Positions 48,443 to 56,778 of a stretch of DNA of 64,000 nucleotides are shown here, in pieces. The stretch comes from an uncultured Selenomonadales bacterium (lineage in GTDB: Bacteria > Bacillota > Negativicutes > Selenomonadales > Selenomonadaceae), in assembly GCA_946407095.1 (NCBI GenBank), contig CAMJMR010000001.1:32632-96631 (forward strand), in the 5' to 3' direction. Every line of letters begins with the position of its first letter. The stretch's first letter is position 1. The position numbers and the translations under genes were made by a program. A model generated the notes under the pieces. The model was not told the DNA's origin. It made no database searches and saw only the letters and a program-made list of their open reading frames with translations.

Positions 48443-49120
48443 TTGGACGAACCCGGAATCTTCGGCAGTATCTTCGCCCCGATAGAATATCTTTTGAGCA
48501 CCGCGCTGAATGCGCTTTATTCCTTCCTTGAAATTGTCGGCGTGCCCAATTACGGCTGGGCGATTGCTTTGCTGACCATACTGATAAAAATTTTGCTCTA
48601 CCCGCTCACGAAAAAGCAAATCGAATCGGCCAAGGCCATGCAACGTCTTCAGCCACAAATGAAAAAAATTCAGGAGAAGCACAAGGACAATCCGCAACTG
48701 ATGCAACAAAAAATGATGGAGCTTTACCAGAAAGAGGGCGCCAATCCGATGTCGGGTTGCCTGCCCATGTTGGCTCAAATGCCGATTTTGATGGGCATGT
48801 ACTACACGCTGTACAATTTCGATTACGGCAACGCAGACCCGTCGTTCCTGTGGGTACCGCATTTGTCAAACACCGACCCGACTTACGTTTTGCCCTTCCT
48901 GAGCGCGGCAACAACTTTCCTCATGCAAAAGACGATGTCGTCAAGCAGTGCCGACGGCAATCCGCAAATGCGAATCATGATGGCGATTATGCCGATTTTT
49001 ATTGGTTGGATAAGCTTAAATTTCCCAGCGGGGCTCGTGCTTTATTGGGTAGTCAATAACTTGGCGCAAATAGCTCAACAGCTGTGGATGAACAGAAAAG
49101 ACGATAAGGAGGCCGCTTAA
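48443..49120 (+). CDS. yidC: Membrane protein insertase YidC (short Firmicute/Oxa1 type)
   Basis: 225 aa ORF ...LLYPLTKKQIESAKAMQRLQPQMKKIQEKHKDNPQ...GANPMSGCLPMLAQMPIL... Confidence 0.92.
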   Translation: MDEPGIFGSIFAPIEYLLSTALNALYSFLEIVGVPNYGWAIALLTILIKILLYPLTKKQIESAKAMQRLQPQMKKIQEKHKDNPQLMQQKMMELYQKEGANPMSGCLPMLAQMPILMGMYYTLYNFDYGNADPSFLWVPHLSNTDPTYVLPFLSAATTFLMQKTMSSSSADGNPQMRIMMAIMPIFIGWISLNFPAGLVLYWVVNNLAQIAQQLWMNRKDDKEAA

Positions 49121-49921
49121 ATGGCGAATGTGATTGAAAAGACCGGCAAGACGGTAGACGAGGCACTTCAAGCGGCAGCCGCAGAACTCGGCGTGGCGGC
49201 AAGCGAAGTGGAATACGAAATTTTGGAGACGCCGACGAAAAGATTGTTCGGCTTATTCGGAGAGACGCCCGCGAAAATCCGCGCTTCAATCAAAGTCAGC
49301 GAGCCGCCGCCCGTCGTCGAGGAGCCTGCAACGGTCGCCGTCGAAGGATCTGCGCGGACGGTCGAAGAGCCCGTTCAACCTGCTCAACCCGAACAGCCCA
49401 CGATTGAACCGATATTGGAGCCGTCGCCCGTCGAAGAGTTTTCGGACGAAGCAGACTTTGAAAAGGCTGTCGACGCGGCGAAAAATTTCTTGCGGGAAGT
49501 TTTCGCGGCAATGCAGTTGGAGGCAACAATCGAAGTCGAAGAGACGGAGGAAAGCGTCAAGCTCAACCTTAGCGGCAAGGGCTTGGGCATTCTAATCGGC
49601 AGGCGCGGGCAAGCACTGGACGCCTTGCAATATCTGCTGAACTTGGCGGTCAATCGCAAGAGCGAGGAGAAATTTTTCTTCACGCTGGATGTCGAGGATT
49701 ATCGCCGCCGCCGCGAAGAGGCTTTGATTAAGCTTGCCAAAAGTGTCGCCGAACGCGCCATTAAAACCCGTCGCGAAGTCCGCTTGGAGCCGATGAGCCG
49801 TCACGAGCGAAAAATCATTCACACCATTCTGCAGGACAACGACCGCGTCGAAACGCACAGCACGGGCGAAGAGCCTTATCGTTACGTCATTGTCACGCCT
49901 GTCAAGCGCGGCAGGAGGTAA
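49121..49921 (+). CDS. jag: RNA-binding protein Jag/KhpB (Jag_N, KH, R3H)
   Basis: 266 aa ORF with a C-terminal LEPMSRHERKIIHTILQDNDRVETHSTGEEPYRYVIV (R3H domain). Confidence 0.9.
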   Translation: MANVIEKTGKTVDEALQAAAAELGVAASEVEYEILETPTKRLFGLFGETPAKIRASIKVSEPPPVVEEPATVAVEGSARTVEEPVQPAQPEQPTIEPILEPSPVEEFSDEADFEKAVDAAKNFLREVFAAMQLEATIEVEETEESVKLNLSGKGLGILIGRRGQALDALQYLLNLAVNRKSEEKFFFTLDVEDYRRRREEALIKLAKSVAERAIKTRREVRLEPMSRHERKIIHTILQDNDRVETHSTGEEPYRYVIVTPVKRGRR

Positions 49922-49924
49922 AGC

Positions 49925-50611
49925 ATGGGTTTCTACGACGATTATAATTTCGACGGGCTGAAATTTTTTTCTAAACTGCAAGACAAAACTTGGATCACTG
50001 TTTCCAAGCCTTGCCAAAAATTTTTGTCCGTCATCAATCAACTAAAGACATCTTCAACGCTAACGGTTGCTGAAGTCGGCATCGGTTTCGGCGCAACGGC
50101 TTTGCAGGTTTTGAAAATGCTTCGCACAGATGACGTTTATTATGCCTTCGACTTTGAAGACCGTCTTCAAGATTTTGCGAGCGATTTGCAGGCGCGCGAT
50201 TTCGGCATAACGTGTGAAGTTGTTTTGGCGGGCAACTCTCACAACGAGTGGGATTCGTACAACTGGAACTTGAGCAACATGATTTTCCGAATGCGCGAAC
50301 GGAAACAGGCGGGCATTTTCGACGCGGTCTATCTGGACGGCGCGCATACGTTCCTGCATGACGGGCTGGCGGTTTGCTTGCTGAAGGAGCTCATCAAAGA
50401 CGGAGGCTTTCTGATTCTTGACGATCTGTTTTGGAGGTACTCGAACAGTAAATTGGGACAAAAGCATTCCGGCGGACGCCTCACGCGGGAACAGATGGAA
50501 GATTATCAAGTCTTGCGCGTGCAGGAGCTTTTCCTAAGCAACGACCCGAATTTTGAAAAGCTTTCGCCGCCGAATGCTTATCGCGGTGTTTTCCGCAAGC
50601 GTCCGCGCTGA
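49925..50611 (+). CDS. Class I SAM-dependent methyltransferase (TylF/Methyltransf_24-like)
   Basis: 228 aa ORF ...VAEVGIGFGATAL...VYLDGAHTFLHDGLAVCLLKELIKDGGFLILDD... Confidence 0.7.
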   Translation: MGFYDDYNFDGLKFFSKLQDKTWITVSKPCQKFLSVINQLKTSSTLTVAEVGIGFGATALQVLKMLRTDDVYYAFDFEDRLQDFASDLQARDFGITCEVVLAGNSHNEWDSYNWNLSNMIFRMRERKQAGIFDAVYLDGAHTFLHDGLAVCLLKELIKDGGFLILDDLFWRYSNSKLGQKHSGGRLTREQMEDYQVLRVQELFLSNDPNFEKLSPPNAYRGVFRKRPR

Positions 50612-50635
50612 CAACACAAACGACATAAAAAAACG

Positions 50636-50664
50636 CCCTTCCGATTTCGGAGGGGCATTTTTTA
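50636..50664. terminator. Bidirectional rho-independent terminator (methyltransferase on plus, flgE on minus)
   Basis: AAAAAAA CGCCCTTCCGATTTCGGAGGGGC ATTTTTT. Confidence 0.7.
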
Positions 50665-50681
50665 TTTCAAGCCGCCAAAGC

Positions 50682-52439
50682 TTAACGTTTCATGTTGACG
50701 ACCGTTTCAAGCATCTCGTCGGCGACCGTCGTCATCTTGGAGTTGGCTTGGAAGCCGCGCTGCGTGACAATCATATCGGCGAACTCGGTTGCCAAATCGA
50801 CGTTCGACATTTCAAGCGCGGAAGCCGTGACCGTCAAGCCGAAACTGTCGACCGTCCTGACGTTTGCTTGGCCGGAGTTGTTCGACTCTTGGTAAATCGT
50901 CGTGCCGACCTTCGTCAAGCCGGCGGCGTTGGTGAACTGCGCGACTGCGATTTGAGCCTCGGTGCGAATCAAGCCGTTGGTGTAGGTGCCCGTGATGATT
51001 CCGCTGGAGTCTACCGCCACGCTCTGGAGGATGCCCGCCGCGTTGCCGTTGGTCGTCGGGAAGGAGCTCGTTGCGCTGGCATATTGCGTCAAGCCGTCGA
51101 AGCTTATGATAGCCTGGTTCGACGCCGCGCCGTTGCCCTCGGAATATTCAAAGGTGATGGAGGCGTTTTCGTCTTGCCCGTTGGAAATGAATTGTCCTCT
51201 GTCGTTGAAGTAAATGTAGTTGACGTTGTTCATGGTGCCTACGGTTCTTGAGCCGTCCGTTTCGGGGTTGCCGTTGGCTTGGCTACGCTCGTATCTGTTC
51301 GTGAAGTTTTCGGAGGCAGGACCCGCTTCCCCGACGCCCGGTGCGATATAAACTCTCCAGCGGTTGTAGAAAACGACTTGGTCGGTAGTAGCCGTACCTT
51401 CCTGAGGCTCACCGTTCGCGTCCGTGTAAGTGTAAGTGTAGCCCGTAATGGTTCTTGTCGGACGACCTTGATCATCTGTTCCCTCTTCCACTGTGGGAGT
51501 TATGTTGGTGATGTTGGTGGCACCTTCGGGCGGATTCAGGATTGTTGCCGAAGCTGCCGCGTTGATGTCGCTCAAGTTGCCGTCTTGTGAATCGTAGTCC
51601 TTGTCGATAAGCACGGTGACTTCGTGCTTGCTACCCAAAGAATCGTAAACGGTGGCGAGCGTCGTCACGGGGACGCTGTGATTGACTTCATAGTAGCCGT
51701 CGGTGACGTTCATTTTGGTGCCGTCTCTGAAGGTTATCTGCGCGGCGATGATTGTTTTCCCGTCGACGTTGACGCTTGTGGTTATGGGGCCGGGAGCACC
51801 TTCGCCTTCTTCGCCTTCAGCTGTAGTTGTTACGGCATTTATTTCGTCCTGAGTGACGCCCGTGGCGGCGGTGAAAGTGATTCTTTCGATAATGCGCGAT
51901 TCTCTGTCGAGATTGCCGTTGTATGTCATTTGAGTTGTCTCGGCGGCGTCCATAGTTTTGCCCGTGGGGACTATGACATCGGTCGCCAAGCCGTTGGTAT
52001 CAAGGACGCCGTCGGAGGTGGCATTCCAGCCTTGCACGCGCAAGCCGTTGCCGGGCATGACGTAATAGCCTCGCTCGTCGAACATGAACGCGCCGTTGCG
52101 GGTGTAGTAATTTTGTTCGCCGTCGCCGAGGACGAAAAGCCCGTTGCCCGCCAGTGCAAGGTCGGTATTCTTGCCGGTCTGTTGCGGCGAGGCATCTTGG
52201 AACAAGAGGTCGATACTTTCTACGTTGACGCCCAAGCCGATTTGGCGCGGGTTGACGCCGCCGCGTGTGTCCGTTGCCGCCGAGGCGTTGCGGCTCAGTT
52301 GCGAAAGCATATCGGAAAAAGTCGTGCGGCTGGATTTAAAGCCGATTGTGTTGATGTTGGCGATGTTGTTGCCAATAACGTCCATGCGTGTCTGGTGACT
52401 CTTTAAGCCGGAAACGCCGGAGTACAGGGAACGCATCAT
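50682..52439 (-). CDS. flgE: Flagellar hook protein FlgE
   Basis: 585 aa ORF MMRSLYSGVSGLKSHQTRMDVIGNNIANINTIGFK...ALEMSNVDLATEFADMIVTQRGFQANSK... Confidence 0.92.
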   Translation of the reverse strand: MMRSLYSGVSGLKSHQTRMDVIGNNIANINTIGFKSSRTTFSDMLSQLSRNASAATDTRGGVNPRQIGLGVNVESIDLLFQDASPQQTGKNTDLALAGNGLFVLGDGEQNYYTRNGAFMFDERGYYVMPGNGLRVQGWNATSDGVLDTNGLATDVIVPTGKTMDAAETTQMTYNGNLDRESRIIERITFTAATGVTQDEINAVTTTAEGEEGEGAPGPITTSVNVDGKTIIAAQITFRDGTKMNVTDGYYEVNHSVPVTTLATVYDSLGSKHEVTVLIDKDYDSQDGNLSDINAAASATILNPPEGATNITNITPTVEEGTDDQGRPTRTITGYTYTYTDANGEPQEGTATTDQVVFYNRWRVYIAPGVGEAGPASENFTNRYERSQANGNPETDGSRTVGTMNNVNYIYFNDRGQFISNGQDENASITFEYSEGNGAASNQAIISFDGLTQYASATSSFPTTNGNAAGILQSVAVDSSGIITGTYTNGLIRTEAQIAVAQFTNAAGLTKVGTTIYQESNNSGQANVRTVDSFGLTVTASALEMSNVDLATEFADMIVTQRGFQANSKMTTVADEMLETVVNMKR

Positions 52440-52661
52440 AGTAAATCACTTCTCCTTTGCTAATTCGGCATTTTTGCCGGAGGTCAGATTCGTTTGACTG
52501 TTCCTTGTCTGCCGAGATTCCATTAAATCGTCTGACCCGATGTTTCAAAATTTTATCAAGCTTGCGCTTGACTTGCTAACTATATCGGAAGTCGTCGTCG
52601 GCAACTTAAATTTTTTTACAAGCGGCAATGTGACGGCCTCAAACTTCGCAACGTGTTCGTG

Positions 52662-53015
52662 CTAAAAAAGGCTGTTTCGACGGCGTTGCGCGGCAAGGCG
52701 ACGGGCAGCGGCTATTTGTCCGTGCGATTTATCTATCTTGTAGACGTAAGCCATGACTTCGGCTATCGCCTTGTAAAGTTCGGGCGGGATTTCGCGGTCA
52801 ATCTCAAGAGCCATCAGCATATTGACGAGCGTCTTGTCTTGGTAGACGGGAACGGAATTTTTCTGCGCGGCCTCCAAAATATGTTCGGCTACGTGCCCGC
52901 GTCCTTTGGCTATCACTTTCGGTGCAAGGTCGCGTTCTGCCTCATACTTCAAGGCGACGGCTTTGCGTTGAGCTGTGGCGTTCGCCGCCGAAGGGTTGTT
53001 TGCTATTCCTGCCAT
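52662..53015 (-). CDS. FlhB C-terminal-domain-like protein (EscU/YscU/HrcU family)
   Basis: 117 aa ORF ...AVALKYEAERDLAPKVIAKGRGHVAEHILEAAQKNSVPVYQDKTLV... Confidence 0.85.
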   Translation of the reverse strand: MAGIANNPSAANATAQRKAVALKYEAERDLAPKVIAKGRGHVAEHILEAAQKNSVPVYQDKTLVNMLMALEIDREIPPELYKAIAEVMAYVYKIDKSHGQIAAARRLAAQRRRNSLF

Positions 53016-53085
53016 TTCAATCCATCCTTGTCAGTGAACTTTAACCGATTATATTTGCCGCCAACTTTACCGTCAAGGAGTGGTT

Positions 53086-53324
53086 GCCCTTTCGTTTGCT
53101 AAGCAAAAGGGCTCAAAGACAGCTTTTGATTTTAAATCTACTTTCTTTCACTGGCGAAAGAAAGTAGCAAAGAAAGCCACCACTGCGCGTGGGGCGGATA
53201 CCGACCACCGCCGCAACGTTCGCGTCCCAGTCAGCCACTCGTGCCGCTGTCGACGCATCACGCGTCGAAGTCGCGGCGGGCGCGCGTCCATGCGCGCCCT
53301 CATTCTCTGCAACTCATTCGTTGC
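53086..53324 (+). repeat. Family-2 structured element, intermediate form (copy d); candidate ncRNA
   Basis: Carries the 5' hairpin CCCTTTCGTTTGCTAAGCAAAAGGG. The core is identical to copy b. The terminal hairpin GGGCGCGCGTCCATGCGCGCCC differs from copy b by compensatory changes. Confidence 0.8.
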
Positions 53325-53338
53325 TTTATCAACAGTCC

Positions 53339-55264
53339 CTAACTATCACGTTTCTTGCGGAGCTGAAGGAAGAGAATTGCCGCGAAAATCGCAACGCCCG
53401 CAATATCCGTGACGAGCCCCGGCTTAATCATCAAGAGGCCGCCCGCGCCCAAAAGCACGCGTTGCCACTTCAACAGCGGAGCGGCAAGATAGCCGATAAG
53501 CGACGCGCTCAACGCGACCATGCCGACAATCGCCGTCAAAAGCGACAATATCAGCCCGCCCGTCACGCCGTTGACGAGCAACAGTTCAGGGCTGAGCACG
53601 AACATGTAAGGGATTATGAACGCCGCGATTGCCAGCTTTGACGCGTTGATTCCCGTCCTTAACGCATTGCCACCCGATATGCCCGACCCCGCGTAGGCCG
53701 CCAAGGCTACGGGCGGAGTGACGTCCGCGATTATCCCGAAGTAGAAAACGAACATGTGAGCCGCCAAAATCGGCACGCCCATTTGAATCAGCGCGGGCGC
53801 GGCTATCGTCGACGTGATGACGTAATTTGCTGTGGTAGGCACGCCCATGCCCAAAAGTATCGCCGTTATCATCGTGAGGAACATTGCGGGCAACGCCATG
53901 CCGCCCGACAAATCCAAAAGTGCGGACGCAAGCTTGAGCCCGACGCCCGTCTTCGTCACGACGCCGATTATAATGCCGGCCGCCGCGCAGGCTACCAAGA
54001 CGCCCAAAACATTCCGTGCGCCCGTCTCCAATCCTTTGACGATTGCGGCGGGCGTCATTCTTGTTTCCTTGCGCAAGCTGCTGACGACGATTGACAAGAT
54101 TATCGCGACCAAGGCCGCGCGCATGGGCGTGTAGCCGCTGACGAGCAGATAGACGATAACAATCAGCGGTATCGCCAAATGCCCGCGCGTCCTGAACAGT
54201 TCGCCGAGCTTCGGCAGTTCTGCGCGGGGCAAGCCCTTTAAGTCGTTGCGCTTAGCCTCGAAGTGCACGCCGAGCCATACGCCGATAAAATACAACGCCG
54301 CAGGGATGACGGCCGCCTTGACGATTTCGACGTAGGGCACGCCGACGAATTCCGCCATAAGGAAGGCCGCCGCGCCCATAACCGGAGGCATCAGCTGACC
54401 GCCCGTAGACGCCGCCGCTTCGACCGCGCCCGCGAAGTCTTTGTGATAGCCGAGCTTTTTCATCATCGGTATGGTTAGCGAGCCCGTCCCGACGACATTG
54501 GCGACCGAAGAGCCGCTGACCGTCCCCATCAGCCCGCTTGACAACACTGCCACTTTAGCGGGGCCGCCGCTTGCCCAACCCGCGATTGAATTCGCAACGT
54601 CTATGAAAAATTTTCCGAGACCCGTCCCCTCCAAGTACGCGCCGAACAGGATAAACAGGAATATGAACGTCGACGAGACGCCCAGCGGTATGCCGAAAAT
54701 GCCTTCCGTCGTGAAGTAGACATGGCTGACGAAATGATCTATCGTCAAGCCTCTGTGCGCCAAAATCCCCGGCATGTACGGTCCCGCGAAGGCGTAACTT
54801 ATGAAAAACAAAACGACGCAGACCATCGGGATTCCGACCACGCGTCGCGCCGCCTCAATTACTAAAATGATTCCAATCGCGCCAATTATTACGTCCGTCG
54901 ACGTTGGCAAGGCCGCCCGCAAAATTAATTCGCGATAGTTCAGGACGATATAGGCGGGCATTGCTGCGCCCAAGACTGCAAGCACTCCGTCAAGCGGGTG
55001 AAGTTTGTCGCGCCGCCAAGATTTTCGCGTCGGGTAAAGCAGAAACGATAAGCATAAGCCGAAGCCCAAATGAATCGCCCGCTGGATTTGCGCGTCGAGC
55101 AGTCCGAAGCTTGCCGTATAGAGTTGGAAGACCGAAAAGCTTATCGCCAAGGCGGAAACTACTTTTGCCATAGCTCCCGCATATTCCATGGTGTTCGATT
55201 CGGCGTCGTACTTTTTCAAGACCTCCTCGGCAGACATTTCTTTTTTTTCGGGCACAGGTTGCAC
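53339..55264 (-). CDS. TRAP transporter fused permease subunit (TAXI-type)
   Basis: 641 aa polytopic membrane ORF with the typical fused DctQM-like organisation. Confidence 0.88.
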   Translation of the reverse strand: MQPVPEKKEMSAEEVLKKYDAESNTMEYAGAMAKVVSALAISFSVFQLYTASFGLLDAQIQRAIHLGFGLCLSFLLYPTRKSWRRDKLHPLDGVLAVLGAAMPAYIVLNYRELILRAALPTSTDVIIGAIGIILVIEAARRVVGIPMVCVVLFFISYAFAGPYMPGILAHRGLTIDHFVSHVYFTTEGIFGIPLGVSSTFIFLFILFGAYLEGTGLGKFFIDVANSIAGWASGGPAKVAVLSSGLMGTVSGSSVANVVGTGSLTIPMMKKLGYHKDFAGAVEAAASTGGQLMPPVMGAAAFLMAEFVGVPYVEIVKAAVIPAALYFIGVWLGVHFEAKRNDLKGLPRAELPKLGELFRTRGHLAIPLIVIVYLLVSGYTPMRAALVAIILSIVVSSLRKETRMTPAAIVKGLETGARNVLGVLVACAAAGIIIGVVTKTGVGLKLASALLDLSGGMALPAMFLTMITAILLGMGVPTTANYVITSTIAAPALIQMGVPILAAHMFVFYFGIIADVTPPVALAAYAGSGISGGNALRTGINASKLAIAAFIIPYMFVLSPELLLVNGVTGGLILSLLTAIVGMVALSASLIGYLAAPLLKWQRVLLGAGGLLMIKPGLVTDIAGVAIFAAILFLQLRKKRDS

Positions 55265-55268
55265 CTCC

Positions 55269-55673
55269 TCAAATTTTGTAAATCATCGGGCTGACGTATT
55301 CGGCAATGCGTTCGTCGTGTGTAATGAAAAGCATATCGTCGACAATCGCCTGGCACAGCATGAGCCTGTCGAACGGGTCGCAGTGCGGCGGCGTGTTTTC
55401 CTTGCGCGTCAAATTTTTTACTTCGAGTGCGTGCAAAACATCGAGCGGTAGCGGCTTAAAGCCGGCTTGCAGACAGTACAGCAAAATTTCTTCGCCGCTG
55501 TAAGGCATTTGGTCGGGATGATTCGTGTGCTTGAAGTCAATCTCAAAAATCGACAACGAGCTGAAATAAATTTCGTTGGATTCGTCCAATATCATGTTGC
55601 GGGCTTTGAGCGACAACCTTTCATCGCCTTTGAAATACCAAACAAGAATGTGCGTGTCGAGTAAAAGTTTCAT
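55269..55673 (-). CDS. PIN-domain toxin (VapC family)
   Basis: MKLLLDTHILVWYFKGDERLS...DPFDRLMLCQAIVDDMLFITHDERI from ATG 55673. 4-nt overlap with the upstream antitoxin gene. Confidence 0.88.
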   Translation of the reverse strand: MKLLLDTHILVWYFKGDERLSLKARNMILDESNEIYFSSLSIFEIDFKHTNHPDQMPYSGEEILLYCLQAGFKPLPLDVLHALEVKNLTRKENTPPHCDPFDRLMLCQAIVDDMLFITHDERIAEYVSPMIYKI

Positions 55674-55966
55674 TTCTTCACCTCGTAACTGTCGGCAACA
55701 TCGCGCCAAATTTCCGCGTCCATAGCGTTGAAGAGTTCGTCGAAGTTGGGCGGAAGGTCGTGCTTATCCTTGGCGATACCGAAGAGGCGGCGGCGAGACG
55801 TAACGGGTTTTTCCTCTTTGACGCGGGGCAAGTCTTCCTTAATCGGGCTCATCTTGATAATCGGCTTGCCCTGGAAGGTCAAGTACACTTCCTCCAGCGG
55901 GTCGCTCAAAAGCGTCACCAGTTCGGAAAATTTTTCCTTGGCGTCGATAACGTTTATGTACTTCAT
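55670..55966 (-). CDS. Type II antitoxin (Phd/YefM-like N-terminus)
   Basis: MKYINVIDAKEKFSELVTLLSDPLEEVYLTFQGKPIIKMSPI... from ATG 55966. Confidence 0.75.
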   Translation of the reverse strand: MKYINVIDAKEKFSELVTLLSDPLEEVYLTFQGKPIIKMSPIKEDLPRVKEEKPVTSRRRLFGIAKDKHDLPPNFDELFNAMDAEIWRDVADSYEVKK

Positions 55967-56156
55967 CTCAATCGCTCCTTTGATTTTGGTCGACGGAAAA
56001 TTTCTACAGGCGGCGGCGTTTTTCCTGCAGAGGGCTTGCGGTTGAAATTGCGCTGGCATTGAACTATAATCAATCGGATTATCTAGGGGCAGTTGGTAAC
56101 GTCAAACAGTGACGGTTCTTTTTTCGCCTGACGAAAGTTGTCGCGCGCTCGCCGGT

Positions 56157-56250
56157 CGCTTTAAAAGCGACGGAACAGCAAGGGCGCGGCGATTCCCTTA
56201 AGTCATCGACGAGTTTCAACGCGCTATCTGGGTCAAGCTTCAAGCTTGCG
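56157..56250 (+). repeat. Family-1-related element, copy 6 (mosaic: subtype-b hairpin at the 5' end, subtype-a-like hairpin at the 3' end)
   Basis: GTCGCTTTAAAAGCGACGGAACAGCAAGGGCGCGGCGA...GCGCTATCTGGGTCAAGCTTCAAGCTTGC. The 3' hairpin covaries with GCAACGTCACGTTGC. Confidence 0.6.
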
Positions 56251-56328
56251 CCTCGTCATACGAAAAAATTCCTCGTCACATCCCGATTTTGAATTACCAA
56301 CACACCCTAAGCAAGGAGGATTCTTTCA

Positions 56329-56775
56329 ATGAAAGTTATATTGCAGGAAGACGTTAAGAAAGTCGGCTTAAAGGGCGACGTCGTCGAAGTGTCGGACGGC
56401 TACGGCCGCAATTATCTTTTGCCGCGCAAGTTGGCGATTGAGGCGAACGTTGCCAATCTGAATTCGGCGAAAGTCAAGGCCGAAAACAAGGCGCGCAAGG
56501 CTCGGCAGGAGGCTGACGAGGCTAAGCTTTTGGGCGCACAGCTTGAGAAAATTTCCGTGAAAATCCCCGTGCGAATCGGTAAGGACGGAAAACTTTTCGG
56601 CTCGGTGGGCGGCTCGGACGTCGCCAAGGCTCTCAAGGAAAATCACGGGCTGAACGTCGACAAGCGCAAAATTTCCGTCCAAGGCGAAGTGACGGGCGCG
56701 GGCACCTACGACGCCGTCATCAAGCTTCACCCCGAAGTCACGACGAAAATCAAGCTTGAAGTCGTCGAAGGCTGA
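56329..56775 (+). CDS. rplI: 50S ribosomal protein L9
   Basis: 148 aa ORF MKVILQEDVKKVGLKGDVVEVSDGYGRNYLLPRKLA... Confidence 0.95.
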   Translation: MKVILQEDVKKVGLKGDVVEVSDGYGRNYLLPRKLAIEANVANLNSAKVKAENKARKARQEADEAKLLGAQLEKISVKIPVRIGKDGKLFGSVGGSDVAKALKENHGLNVDKRKISVQGEVTGAGTYDAVIKLHPEVTTKIKLEVVEG

Positions 56776-56778
56776 ATC

